Shown one piece after another: positions 46,040 through 59,312 of a DNA stretch of 64,000 bases. How positions within the stretch are numbered: the stretch's first letter is position 1; each line of letters begins with the position of its first letter. Made by a program: the position numbers and the translations under genes. This DNA comes from Octopus vulgaris (lineage: Eukaryota): NCBI GenBank assembly GCA_951406725.2, contig OX597830.1:26102001-26166000 (forward strand), read 5' to 3'. The notes under the pieces were generated by a model. The model did no database searches, had not been told where the DNA came from, and worked only from the letters and a program-made list of their open reading frames with translations.

Positions 46040-46645
46040 AATCACATCATTAAACAGCTATCATCCTTCAACTACCTTGGAATTCTGATCACAGAAGACG
46101 CAAAATGTCTGGAGATAAAAAGACGAATAGTGCTGGCAAAGTCTGCATTCTCAAAATTGTATGACATCTTGAGAAACAATACTTTGAGCATCGAGACCAA
46201 CACCTGTATATTGGACTGCTATGTCTACCTTGTGTTAATGTATGGAAGTGAAGTATGTTTTATGACATCAGAACTGAGAAGGCGCTTGGACAAGTGGTTT
46301 TTAAAGAGACTATTGGCGGTAGCATGGACAGATAGTATATCTGATGAAAAAGTGATGATCCTAGTTGCGGTAAGTAGGAAACTGCTATGTGAGATAATAG
46401 CCAAGTACTGAGATTTCTAGCTCGTGTGATGAGGAAAGAGGACCAGGAGAATTTAGTGACGGCCGGACAGGATGAAGGGAAAAGAAGCAGAGGTAGGAGG
46501 AGGATGCTATGGATGTAAAGCTTGATGAATTTGTTGGAAGAAAGAGGCATTAAATATCGGAAAGTGGAAATGTTACAGAAAACAAAGAACAGAGAGTTGT
46601 GGCAAGACATGGTTGCCTATGTCCTATATTCTGGACAAGTGACCT
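46040..46645 (+). mobile_element. RTE-clade LINE 3' fragment
   Basis: SSFNYLGILITEDAKCLEIKRRIVLAKSAF...LMYGSE...EGKRSRGRR. Confidence 0.75.
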
Positions 46646-46996
46646 AAAAGAAAGAAAACACTAATATACACTCTAAACTAAGATAAAATGTTAAAAACAA
46701 CACTTACTGATGATTTGCGCCTGTCTGCAGCTGTTGAAACGAATATAAAGAACATATATATAAAGAACATATATGGTTACATACAAAGAACATATATATA
46801 AAGAACATATACGTAAAGAACATATATGGTTACATACAAACAAGTTTTAAGATCACTTCGAATATGTTTAGTAAATATTTCGCCTCTAAAAAAGCAATTT
46901 TCAATGCAATTTGCCGTGGAGAAAAATTTCGATTTATGTAAAAGGTATTGAAACATTAATAGTAATTTCATAGCTCCATATATTGACAGGAGTGAG

Positions 46997-47318
46997 GGCG
47001 CGTGGCTTAGTGGTTAGGGCATTCGGCTCATGATCGTAAGGTTGTGAGTTCGATTCCCGGCGACGCGTTGTGTCCTTGAGCAAGACACTTTATTTCACGT
47101 TGCTCCAGTCCACTCAGCTGGCAAAAATGAGTTGTACTTGTATTTCAAAGGGTCAGCCTTGTCACTCTCTGTGTCACGCTGATTTTCCCCGAGAACTACG
47201 ACAAGGGTACACGTGTCTGTGGAATGCTCAGCCATTTGCACGTTAATTTCACGAGCAAGCTGTTCCGTTGATCGTATCAGCTGGGACCCTCGTCGTCGTA
47301 ACCGGCGGAGTCTTTTTT
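46997..47318 (+). mobile_element. tRNA-derived SINE (C-related core, different 3' part)
   Basis: GGCGCGTGGCTTAGTGGTTAGGG...GAGTTCGATTCC; ttgtgtccttgagcaagacactt core; flanking direct repeat atattgacagga at 46980-46991 and 47320-47331. Confidence 0.85.
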
Positions 47319-47661
47319 TATATTGACAGGACAATGCATTTCAGAGTGACCCATGTGACCCGAACAATGAATTTCAAGCTCGATAGTTATGGTGAATACT
47401 GGATACCAAGAGAGACATGACTTTCCAAGTCATAACTGCCTTAGAGACAAGCAGTAGAAATTATTCACTGACTGCGTGCAGCGCTGCTAGTTTTGAACAG
47501 ATCCTAAACGAAGCAATGTTGTGAAATAAACAAGCACTTAGATCGGTGCAAATACGTTTGGGACTTGTTATGCTTCTATATACAGTTCTATATTTAAGAG
47601 ATAAGGAATTATGTGCATTATTTACATTCGACAGATATTTGTTTTCTTCTTCTTTGCTGTT

Positions 47662-47707
47662 AACACAACGTTTCGGCTGATATACCTTCTAGCCTTCTTC
47701 AGGTGTC
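47662..47707 (-). ncRNA. Minimal type I hammerhead ribozyme (predicted)
   Basis: GACAC CTGAAGA A GGCTA gaaggtatat CAGCC GAAAC GTT GTGTT. Confidence 0.7.
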
Positions 47708-47862
47708 TTGAGGAAATTTCGAACCTGGGTTCTCATTCCTAAGGTATATTTCGATGTTATTATTATTATTATTGTTTTTTGTTGTTGTTGTTGTTCAGGT
47801 CACTACCTGGATTCGAACTCGGAACCTTGGGGTTAGTAGCCCGCGCTTTTAACCACTACGCC

Positions 47863-47961
<99 letters not shown>

Positions 47962-48008
47962 TCGAAAAATACCTTAGGAAGGAGAACCCAGGTTCGAAAT
48001 TTCTTCAA

Positions 48009-48055
48009 GACACCTGAAGAAGGCTTGGAGGGTATATCAGCCGAAACGTTGTGTT
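48009..48055 (+). ncRNA. Minimal type I hammerhead ribozyme (predicted)
   Basis: GACAC CTGAAGA A GGCT tggagggtatatc AGCC GAAAC GTT GTGTT: stem I GACAC/GTGTT, stem II GGCT/AGCC, loop-less palindromic stem III (AACGTT). Confidence 0.72.
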
Positions 48056-48509
48056 AACAACAAACAAGATGAAGACAAATATCCGTCGAATGTAAATAAT
48101 GTAAAAAATGTAAATAACATTTGCTTCTATATATTTTTATTATCTGCGTACTTTTTTGATTTTGTCCACGGCATAGACACGCATAAACATTCACAAACCA
48201 TATATGTAACAACACATCTCGTCTCCGATTCCTGAAGATTGTAATCTTTATAGTTACATTGAAACGGTTATATCATATAGGTTGCCTGAAGCAAGTTACG
48301 CCCGGTTTAAAAAAAATTAGTGATTTTGTAATATATACATTACATGATAGTTCGTAGTTACACATACGTAAGACATTAGTTAATTGGATTAATATGCATT
48401 TATAGCGAGAAGCCATTTCTTTCAACTATCATACTTAACACGAAACAAACTAAGTAGAAAAACAATATTTGAAAAAAAAACGTTGATTACAGGAAGACAG
48501 ATTGAATAC

Positions 48510-48625
<116 letters not shown>

Positions 48626-48767
48626 CGTCTATTCTTCAACCGTCACTCAGACCCCTTCCAGAAATTAAAAAAAGTCCTGCTTCCAGGTGATTTTTGAACT
48701 TCAGTTCTGATGATACACAGAAAAATAAAGAAATCCCTCCAGACAAAGCTTTGGATTTGAGTTCTGA

Positions 48768-48812
<45 letters not shown>

Positions 48813-48869
48813 AAATTGGGGACAGTACTTGAGCTTAAACTTTCATTTAAATTAACTTTCCGCCTTCGT

Positions 48870-49860
48870 AGATAAATAATGTCAGACATCAGCTTGATTA
48901 AGGCGATGGAAAGTTACACTATAATTGTTGTCTTAAAAGCGCAGCATAGTGAGAGAGCGATACCTCGCTTTTTGAAAGTTTCCCGATCCTTCGTTGTCAA
49001 AGTTCGAAAGGAGCTGGAACCTGTTTATGGGGATCCAGAAACGGCAGTTAAGCGCAAAAAGCATATACAAGATCCTAATACCATCAGAACACATAACATT
49101 GTATAAAAAGCCCAAGAAATAATGAACAAAAACCAGGGAAAATCAGTCATTGCAAAGGACTCCAAGGTTTCAGACCACACCATCAGACGAGTTGTGCATG
49201 AGGACATGAGTTACAAATTGTTATGTCTAATGTGACAGAAGAGTATCGTTCCAACAGTCATGAGTTCTAAGTTCCCAGCGATTGTTATGGTTCTGTGAGT
49301 CGTCAAGCAACGAGGGAGATATCTTACTATCTCACTTTTTTTTACGGGATTTAAGAGTTAATGCCGCTGTCTACAGGGACGTGTTGGAGAAAGTTGTGAG
49401 GCTCTAGGTAGACAGAGTACGCAACGGAAGATAGCACACCATCCAACAAGTCTCTGCACCGTCTCTTATGACTAGGTCAACCAAAGCATGGATGGATGCG
49501 TGCCCTCTCCATGACCATGTTTTCCTAACACATGACCTCCTAGTTCACCAGATACAATCCAATGGCTATTACGGATGGCCTGTAGTCGAGAGGGAGGTCA
49601 ATACACACCCCCAGAACAATCTCTCAAGTCTGATAATAATCAGCACTATGCCCAACTTAGAGATCCTCTGATTCGGATACGTCAACGGTTCCGACTCCGT
49701 ATTTAAGCAACTATTGATGCTAACGGCATATTCGTTGGATACGTGTGATTAGAACTAATCTCAAGACAATTTGTGCCAATTTGCTTTCGAACAAAGTTTT
49801 TTTGACTTTTGCTGAGTCATGCGTCTTTTTCTAATGACCTCAAAATACCTGACGCACCTA
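48870..49860 (+). mobile_element. Degenerate Tc1/mariner-superfamily transposase (maT/DD37D-like)
   Basis: IIVVLKAQHSERAIPRFLKVSRSFVVKVRKEL...KRKKH; KFPAIVMVL.VV; LRVNAAVY; IQQVSAPS; *PPSSPD; VVEREVN. Many stops. A 5' TIR was not found. Confidence 0.7.
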
Positions 49861-50040
49861 CACATATACACATTTAATCCGTATGTCCGATGAAATTTCA
49901 GTTGTCAAGAGCCATAGATAATGCAACTATATTTTACAGAAAAATGTGTGGGTATGTATATGTACATATACACATGCACACACACACGCATGCACACAGA
50001 CACACACAATGTATGTGCACATACCCTATATATATATATG

Positions 50041-50071
<31 letters not shown>

Positions 50072-50193
50072 TGTATATATGTTTATATATCCTGGCGCAG
50101 TGTATGTGTGGAATTGAGGTTTACTTACCTTGTTTCTTTTCTGGTTTCTCACCACCCTTTCAAAGAGAAAACAAAACAGAAAAACTTTATATA

Positions 50194-50229
<36 letters not shown>

Positions 50230-50275
50230 TGTATGTATGTATGTATGTATGTATGTATGTATGTATGTATGTATG

Positions 50276-50333
<58 letters not shown>

Positions 50334-50414
50334 CTAAATGAATAAATATTAGAAAATATTTATATAGATATTATTGTTAAATATTATCATTAGTAAAAAG
50401 AATAATAAACAATA

Positions 50415-50823
50415 GGCGCAGGAGTGGCTGTGTGGTAAGTAGCTTGTTTACCAACCACATGGTTCTGGTTCAGTCCCACTGCGTGGCACCTTGGGCAAGT
50501 GTCTTCTACTATAGCCTCGGGCCGACCAAAGCCTTGTGAGTGGATTTGGTAGACGGAAACTGAAAGAAGCCCGTCGTATATATGTGTATATATATGTGCG
50601 TGTGTGTGTTTATGTGAGTGCGTTTGTCCCCCTAGCATTGCTTGACAACCGATGCTGGTGTGTTTATGTCCCCGTTACTTAGCGGTTCGGCAAAAGAGAC
50701 CGATAGAATAAGTACTGGGCTTACAAAAGAATAAGTCCCGGGGTCGAGTTGCACGATTAAAGGCGGTGCTCCAGCATGGCCGCAGTCAAATGACTGAAAC
50801 AAGTAAATGAGTAAATGAGTAAA
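50415..50823 (+). mobile_element. SINE family A (well-preserved copy)
   Basis: GGCGCAGGAGTGGCTGTGTGGTAAG head, caccttgggcaagtg core, tail ggcggtgctccagcatggccgcagtcaaatgactgaaac-(gagtaaa)n. Confidence 0.9.
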
Positions 50824-51179
50824 TAGTACAGGTGGTAAAAAAGCAAATGCCGATAAATGGCTAATTCCAAATTTTATAATTAATATATAATTATAATAGG
50901 GCACACATGGTGCGAGCATTGTTGTGAAAATCAGTGTCGAAGAATTACCTAAGAAAACCACCAAGCCCTGGATAAATTAGTAGAACAGTAATCGGACGAC
51001 GAGCAAAGAAATTAACTTACTATCTCGGCAGAAAGCCGTAGAATGAGGAAACAGATATTCCTGGATCAATTGATTTCGAAGTTTGAGAGTTTACCTCCCT
51101 TAATTCTCATCAGCAGGTCTCAATATATACCTAGGTCTCGCTATTTACCTAGGGTTATATATATATGTGCACATATATT

Positions 51180-51394
51180 CTTTCACTTGTTTCAGTTATT
51201 TGACTGCGGCCATGCCGGAGCACCACCTTTAGTCGAACAAATCGACCTCAAGATTTATTCTTTGTAATCCTAGTACTTATTCTATCGGTTTCTTTTGTCG
51301 AACCGCTATGTTACCGGTTGTCAAGCGACGGTGAGGGGATAAACACAGACACACAAATACGCACATACACACAGACACAGATACACACACACAT

Positions 51395-51433
<39 letters not shown>

Positions 51434-51568
51434 CAACGGGCTTCTTTCAGTTTCCACTCACAAGGCTTTGGTCGGCTCGAGGTTATAATGGAAGACACTT
51501 GCCCAAGGTGCCACGCAGTGGAACTGAGCCCAGAACCATGTAGTTGGGAAGCAAGCTTCTTACCACAC

Positions 51569-51572
<4 letters not shown>
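51180..51572 (-). mobile_element. SINE family A with internal deletions
   Basis: Reverse-complement match to 50415-50823. Confidence 0.8.
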
Positions 51573-51657
<85 letters not shown>

Positions 51658-52468
51658 TTTATAAATAAAGATATATATATATATATGTGTATGTATGTAT
51701 GTATGCATGTATGCATGTATGTATGTATGTATATAAAGAGTACATATATGTTTATTTCAGCGAGGTAAGCACAAGATATAATTAATTAAATTAAATTAAA
51801 AGTATATACATATATTTTTGAAAAGAAGCAACATGAGCAACAACCACAATGTATAATTGAGGGAGAAATTATTAACAACGTCTATTTATAATCACTGAAT
51901 AACACCAAGGATCCTACTCCATCTAGAACAACTCATGTCTTAAAAAGACTTACAAAAGGTCTACAAGTTTTAGATGTTGATATGTTGAAAGACAAATTAG
52001 ACAAATTATCTCATTTTTGCGCTATTGGCGGTGCCCCAGTGTGGCCACAGCCTCTGGCTGAAGCCGGGATTGAACCATAAAATATCATTCTCCTAGTGGC
52101 AGCCAATTTTACTAACGTCAGTTGTAGACTATTACCGGCATCATACACCGAAGCTCAGTTTGATAGTATCATCCATATCGTGATTACAACCACTAAACCA
52201 ATTATATAATTACGTAACACGGGACTCGATTCGTGCAAGGAAGCAATGATTTCCAATTCTCTCTGCTCCAAGAACAGCGCACAAAACAAATAATGTACAT
52301 TCCAATACCAACATCATAAAAGTCTGGAAATAATACTTACTATTGTGTTAGACCGGCCACCTGAAACAGATATATATATACATATATCAACCTATAAAGA
52401 CATACATGATTACACACACGCGCATACACACACACATATATGCGCGTGCGTATGTGTTTATATAAATA

Positions 52469-53034
52469 TTGGGTTGTCTAGAAAGTTCGTGCCGATTTTT
52501 AAAGGAAAGAAAAAGGTCAATAAATATTTGCTATTACATTTTTAATCGACCGAATATGAACCATTTTGTTGCACAATGCGTCTCCATCTTTCCTTTAACG
52601 TGAAAATACCCTCTTCCCAAAACTGAGGTGGTTTCATGGCAAAGAATTCATCAAGGTATCTTTTTATGCCATCCAAGGAATTGAAATTTTTACCATTAAG
52701 ACTATTCTGCAGAGACCTGAATAAGTGGAAATCTGGAGGAGCAATATTTGGTGAATATGGAGGGTGGGGTAACACATCCCAGCCGAGCTGCAGCAATCCT
52801 TGTCTGGTTCCCAAAGCATCAAGTGCCGAAAATGAACTTTCTTATCTTCCATTTTAAAGGGTTACAAAATTAACACAGGTCATAGGAACATAAACCTTCT
52901 TCCACGAAAAGATAGCTTAAACTGTGCTCTAAATGGAGGTGTAGTCAAATCCTATTTTATGGACTCAACCAGGTTATAAAATAAGTCGAAAGGTAAGCTA
53001 CTATAAATCGGCACGAACTTTCCGGACAACCCAA
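52469..53034 (-). mobile_element. Internally deleted mariner (mellifera-like), 566 bp
   Basis: TIRs TTGGGTTGTC(TA/CG)GAAAGTTCGTGCCGATTT with TA flanks. N-terminus MEDKKVHFRHLMLWE is joined to a C-terminal piece LGWDVLPHPPYSPNIAPPDFHLFRSLQN. Confidence 0.9.
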
Positions 53035-53366
53035 TAAATATACACCGATATAAGAATAAAGGATAAAATTCTTCAAAAATAATTTATCAGTGGCCAGTAT
53101 ATAAAAAATAGATCGATTAAGGTAAAACCATATATATGATTATAATTAAAGGCAGAGAAAACAATTTCTAGCCTATAAGCCCCAAATACACGCTAAATCG
53201 TCTCAACAATTAAAAAATCACAAAATTACACACGTGTTGTAATCGAGGGTGCAAGCTAACGGAAATTAATAACAATATAGATAGCCTTGGATTAACTAAT
53301 TTCTGGATTTGCCCAATGGCTTTTCATCCTTTAGAAGGACACATATTTATACATACCCACAGGAAT

Positions 53367-53591
53367 GCAAACGCAAAGCCATACCTTCTTACCACACAAC
53401 CATATAAATACCCCAGATATCCGACACTAAATTTCGCAGCTTACCTCAGTACATGCGTATTCGGTCGCAGTAGCAAATAGGCGGCTATGCTGTCACAGCG
53501 ACCGAATACGCTTGTGCTGAGTTAAGCTGCGAAAATTATTGTTGCGGGTATCTGGGGTATTTATATGTATTTATGATGACTTTGCATTTGC
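53367..53591. mobile_element. Imperfect fold-back element
   Basis: cataTAAATACCCCAGATA...ttcgcagctt...gcgtattcggtcgc is mirrored by gcgaccgaatacgc...aagctgcgaa...TATCTGGGGTATTTAtatg. Confidence 0.65.
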
Positions 53592-53941
53592 GGATTCAAC
53601 AATGTGGAGGAATATATGGACATTAAAAAAAAACTGTGGTCTCCTTGTTTCAACAATATTTATAGGAAAAGGCATCTTGCTTGAAACATTAATACATTTT
53701 GATGCTTGCTAGAAATGTCTTATAACAGAAAATGTCTACTTACTTATCCTTGGTTGACTGTTTATATACACCTTTAAAAGAGAAATAGACAGTGGCAAAT
53801 ATTTACTAATTGTTAAAACGAGACGTAATATTAATTTCAGGCAAATTCAGAGTATGCAAAGAAGAATATAAGAAAAAAAACAAATCATAACAGAGTTATC
53901 ACCTTTTAAAAAACGTCAGATTTACTACACCATGATGCCAG

Positions 53942-54032
<91 letters not shown>

Positions 54033-54045
54033 CATAGATAGATAC

Positions 54046-54101
<56 letters not shown>

Positions 54102-56754
54102 CATACATACATACATACATAAATACATACATACATACATACATACATACATACATACATACATACATACATACATACATACATACATGCATATTTCATT
54201 TTGGGATTTGGTTTGCAAGATTCTTTATGTGAGTTCATGTGTTGAAGCATATTCTGTTGTCTCGGGAGAGTCATTCTCTTTTGGTGCCTTATAATTTAAC
54301 ACACTCACCGGTAAAATTTATTTTTTTTTTTTTATTTTTCTAAAAGTTTCGTTGCGTCTTGCAACCTTTTCAATAGTTTTAACTCTCAAAACTATTGAAA
54401 AGGTTGCAATCCCGGTTTCAGCCAGAGCAATTAGTGATCAGGTTAGAGGGGGATACCTAGAAATCCAACGTCAAACAAAGGTGGAAGAAATGTAATCAAA
54501 CGCGAGTTAGCTATAGGCAATGTACCCGATCGACTAATAGAAGTACGTTAAATAAATGATGAACCGGCGGTTGTTAAAGGCATCAAATCATTTATGAAAT
54601 AGTAATACAGAATACAGAAGTGAGTATAAATTAATATTAAGGAGGAAACAGGAACATCAGGAGAGCGAAAGTTTACAGTAGACTTCATATATATGATGAT
54701 ATTCTGAAAGTCAGAACTTTAATATTAAGGATAAAAATATGAAAGAATCCGTAAAGTTGTATCTACTAGTTGATCATAAACAGAAAGATACAAGGCGCAC
54801 TTCTAAAGGTTTGAAACATTTTTGAGAGAGGCATTTATTGATTTGAAAGAAGTACAAAACTCTAATCTCCTTCGAAGTATGATTCTCTGACTTCAATGCA
54901 CTTTTTGTAATGATCCAGCCATGATGTAAAATGGTGCTTATATATGAAAGTCCGCCATATTGTTGCTATAATCAGCCTTTCAACATTAAGAACATCGTAC
55001 ACAGAAGCTTACAGTGAATATACCTTGCATAGTCTAATTGCGAACAGCAGATTAATTAGGGATACTATAGGGATTAACTTAAATACTTTATTGCAGCTCA
55101 GCGCTTTATTGTGGCTATTGTCACACTAGAAGTATCGTATACTCCTACTACAACATTTTGAAAATATTGAAAATAATACTCACATTTTCGTTGTTTGAGT
55201 CTCTCTCTGGTTCAGCTGAAAGAAAGAAGAAATATATTGATATATTAAATATACACTATTACACACACATAGTTGTATGGATAAATATATTTCGTGTCAG
55301 TCGCGTCTGACAGGCTGAAAAATGAACTTTACAACCTTTATGTTACAACCTTTATGGTTTCTACGGCTAGATGCCCTTCCCACGCCAATCATTTTACTGA
55401 GTGTGTTATGTGCTTTTACATGGTACCACACGAGCGCTTTTATGTGGCACCGGCACGAATGCGTTTTACGTGGTACTGACAGAAGGCTCTTGCAGGCCAA
55501 GCGCCTTCACCTGGGAGAGTGGTCTTAGCACTTCTGTCGTGTGGTAGGGGTCATCTTGGGAAGACCAGGTGGTACAGCAAAGCGGTAGTAATTAGTTCTT
55601 AATATATGCAGTAATTGTATCATTTTTGAGATAGATTGCCATGGCCTTTATGGTGTATGTTTTTGACATCTCTGTTCGTAGAGTGAGCGCTTATTTGGCG
55701 CGACGTATCTAGGACATTTGTGGACGACACTCGTGTGCAAAAGATATGATGGTGTTAATTATATAGAAATGGGTGCCAGTAGAGGTAGCAGTCACTAGAT
55801 CGTTGAAACACAAAAAATAGAATGCAGAGCGTGAAACTAAGCCCTGGAGAACAACTGAATGATACTGTAGGGCAAATAGAAACCCGTCAGTGCATGTCGT
55901 GTTCATGCGATCTGACTAAAAGGTCACCAGTCCAAAAGATATATGACAGATGGTGTCCACAGACGAGCAGTTTTGTTTGCAGGTTCGTGCACCAGATATG
56001 GCCGAAAATATTACTGATGTCAAGGGCAACAATACTGCTTCACAAAATTTCTAGTTCGCGGAGTGAGTGACACTGATGAAATACATAGGAGTGTAGCTTT
56101 TCGATAGATTGGGTATAATTAAAACTGCATTGATAGTTCTACAGGAGGAGAAAGGGTCAAGGGACTGGAGTTCGTTCTTGTTAATAGCTGTCTCCATAGT
56201 TGGCAGGGTCAGAAGAGTTTGGCGACTCGCTGTAGTGTTCCTAAAGATCAGGAAACAACTGTGCTGTGTGTGAGAGAGTGAGAGAGAGGATGGGGAAGGA
56301 GAGAGTGAGATAGGAGGAGAGAGAGGAGAGAGAAAGAGAGAAAGAGACAGATAGATAGACAGACACAAAAATGATGAACTTTCTGAAGTTAAAAACTCTG
56401 ATGTTAAGGACTAAATTTACAGTTCTTTGTTTTTAAGTAATGCAAGGGATGTTATCAGTGTTAGGTTCGTTGTTGATATAAGCGACTAGAGGTACATTGT
56501 TATCTGGTTATGTGCCTGGTGGGGAACCCTGTGAAGCTTAAATCTTGTATAAGGGATTGATGTAGTGCTTTGTTGGATGCAAAACTAACGGAATAACAAC
56601 AGAAAATTTTACAAAAACAAGAACGAACGTCTGAAAAAGAAAAACAGTCGGAAATTTTGGATGCTTACACAGCCATTTCTTGTTCTTTGAATAAACTTTT
56701 CTTCTAGTTTCAAGCGTAGGATCAGATTTTCTGTCGACTGGAAAAGGAATAGTA

Positions 56755-57452
56755 AGGAGTTTTTAAAAATCTATTATATGCAATAGAAGCAGTATTAGAT
56801 TCAAATAGACATTTGTATATCATACTTAATGTAAATACATCGCGAAAAATCAAATTTACCGCAATATTTTTCCGGAGATAATGTCTTTCATGGACGTGCT
56901 GTGTTTAATAACACAAACTATTTCAGTTAGAGGTGAAAATCCACCAGCTGCTGAGGATGTTAGATGTGCATTTCCGCTTCGTCCATTAGGTATAGCATTT
57001 CCAAACGAATGCCGCAGTAAATTTACGTATTCGCAATGTATTTACTTAGGATATGTTAATTAGATGTTCCTTTTAGTCTAATACAGCTCCTGTTACATAT
57101 CCATCTGGGTGACTTCGTGCAACACCTGTGAATATTATATCACTGTTTACTGAATTTTTACTGGCATATTTTTGTACTAGTATACAACTGTTACAGTGAA
57201 CATGTTATTGGCAGATCTTAAAGACTCATAATTGCGCATCTAGCATTTTCACCAACAGCTGTTGGACGATTTTCGTCTGTTACAGAAATAGTTCCTGCTA
57301 TTAAACAGAACACGTTCATAAAAAATATCTCCGGACAAATACTACATAAAATTTGCGTTTTCGCATATATCATAATGATATTTAATCTCCGATTTATTCT
57401 CCGTAACTTGCAAAGACTTTTGGGTTTTTTTATAAAAATATTACTTATGCAG
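56755..57452. mobile_element. Old MITE-like element with long diverged inverted arms
   Basis: About 56842-56972 is an imperfect inverse of about 57232-57365; weaker symmetry extends outward. Confidence 0.55.
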
Positions 57453-57819
57453 TATATATATATATTCATTACGAGTGAGTGGCACCCAACACATTCATTG
57501 GGAGTTACATGGATGGATCAGAATAATTTGTCTGAAATTCCATGGTACTTAAAATCAAATTTCTAACGGCTGAGGATACCATTATCTTATGCTTTGAAAC
57601 TTTAAGTAGCACGGGATTTGAATGAAACTGTTTTGATCCATATATAGATAGATGCATACATAACATTATATATATATATAAAAGTAAATAAATGGTACAA
57701 CGAAGTACCGATATTTACTGGAAAACACCGATCGTAATAAAAACGACGCTATTGTATAGCTTCACTGCGTATATACTAGCAAAGACGTGTGTGTGCAACA
57801 AACATGAAAAAAATTTGTC

Positions 57820-57997
57820 TTACTTCACGAGCGGTCTCCGGGAACAAAGTAACTCGTATATTGAGACATCACTGAGCGGTCTCCGGGAACAAAGTAACTC
57901 GTATATTGAGACATCACTGTATATATATAATATATATATATACAGTGATGTCTCAATATACGAGTTACTTTGTTCCCGGAGACCGCTCGTGAAGTAA
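57820..57997. repeat. Perfect palindrome of a pogo/Tigger-like end around (TA)n, with a 45-bp tandem duplication in the left arm
   Basis: TA|CAGTGATGTCTCAATATACGAG at 57943 and its inverse ending at 57919; 57829-57873 equals 57874-57918. Confidence 0.85.
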
Positions 57998-58429
57998 AGC
58001 AATGTTATAACTCGTAATTTCTTTCAAAAAAAAAAACATATTTTACTTATAAAATTGTTAATATTCGTCAATAAAGGGCAATAAACCAACAGAAGAATGT
58101 AAAAAATACTTTCTGTAAAGTAGAAAGAATGTGAAGATTATTTATAATAAAAAAATATAATTATAATCGCTTTCTGAATCACTTTCACTCGCACTAGACA
58201 CGCGCACACCATCACTCGTAGATACGATAGCCGATTCACAAGGACTCGTAGACGGAATTGTCGATTTCTTTGTAAGAAAAAAACAAGTCTAGATTTGTTT
58301 AATTAAAAGAAGCTTTTTTTCGCTGTCTATAATTTTTTCGGTTACACCCAGAATCATTTGTTACAGTATTAGAAACGTTTGCACTTATTTCAAAATTTGG
58401 ATCTTGTGCTAGAAAAAATTTCTCTTTGA

Positions 58430-59312
58430 TGTTGATGTAATCAACTGCTTACTTCTCCCTTTTGACATCTGTGGTTGTAAAGTTCTTTAAAGGTTTGCCG
58501 ATTTGCATGTGCCGTATGGATGGGATGAAAACTCTTTTGAATTCTTCGTTCAGTGTTTTACTTATCCTCATTAGGTTTTCATGTGAGGGAACAATCTTCT
58601 TGGAATAGTGGCCCTACCTTTCACTGCATGGAGGCAATTTCTTTGGTATACTTAAAGAAGAATTTAAGGTTTGATTTGATATTTTTTTATAAGCTAGGGT
58701 CCTTGGTTTGCCCTATCTTTTCATAGAAACATTTCAGATGTTTCTCAATCTGTAGCAGTGTTATTTCCTGGCGGGACTTTTGAAACTTTGTACGCCGTCT
58801 CAAGATTTTTTTTTGTTTCTTGGAATCTATTTTCTGATATGCAGTGGCCCTTCCCTCTGGGACAATCTTATAGTATATAGCTTGTATTACTGACATGAAA
58901 TCTTTGAATTTCATGTCGATATTAGGTGTAGAGAGACATTGGGGCCAGTTTGTTTGATGATCTCTTTCTCGATTGATTTCCAGTTTGCTTTAGAGATGTT
59001 CAGATTGGGTAGATTTTAGGTGCTTTTCGTTGGCTGCCTGTCTGCGGGTTTCTTTCGTCTATACATGTTCAGCTCTATTATATTGTGATCCGAGACTAGC
59101 GTCGGTGTCTCTTTCACATTATGGATGAGATCCATATCATTTGTGAAGGATAGATCAAGCATATTGTGTTGGTTTGAGTATTCCTTGCTCCATGTATAAC
59201 TTGTAGGTGAGGTTGAGCAGGGATTCCGCATGTCTTTCTTCATATCTCGTCATTCCCGTGAGGAAAAGCCTATCAGGCCATCCCCTGTTGGACAAGTTGA
59301 AATCACCCACCC
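58430..59312 (-). mobile_element. Degenerate APE-type LINE fragment (endonuclease end + linker)
   Basis: NMLDLSFTN...SDHNII is the APE C-terminal motif; GDFN is present at about 59295-59306 on the minus strand. Confidence 0.65.

Larger units (their letters stand above)
47581..48121 (-). mobile_element. tRNA-headed, hammerhead-bearing non-autonomous element (copy B), inverted-arm insertion
   Basis: TSD TGCTTCTATA at 47571-47580 and 48122-48131. Minus arm: tRNA head 47862-47796, (AAC/AAT)n, hammerhead, full tail. Plus arm: (AAT)n, hammerhead, shortened tail. Confidence 0.9.

Noticed and set aside
47796-47862. Functional tRNA gene (likewise the heads at 1218, 38329 and 46997)
   Set aside because: Acceptor stems are incomplete and each head runs into a dispersed repeat body, so these are SINE-type heads.
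55560-56200. FVDDTR motif suggesting an RT remnant
   Set aside because: No other RT motifs could be recovered in register; too weak to call.
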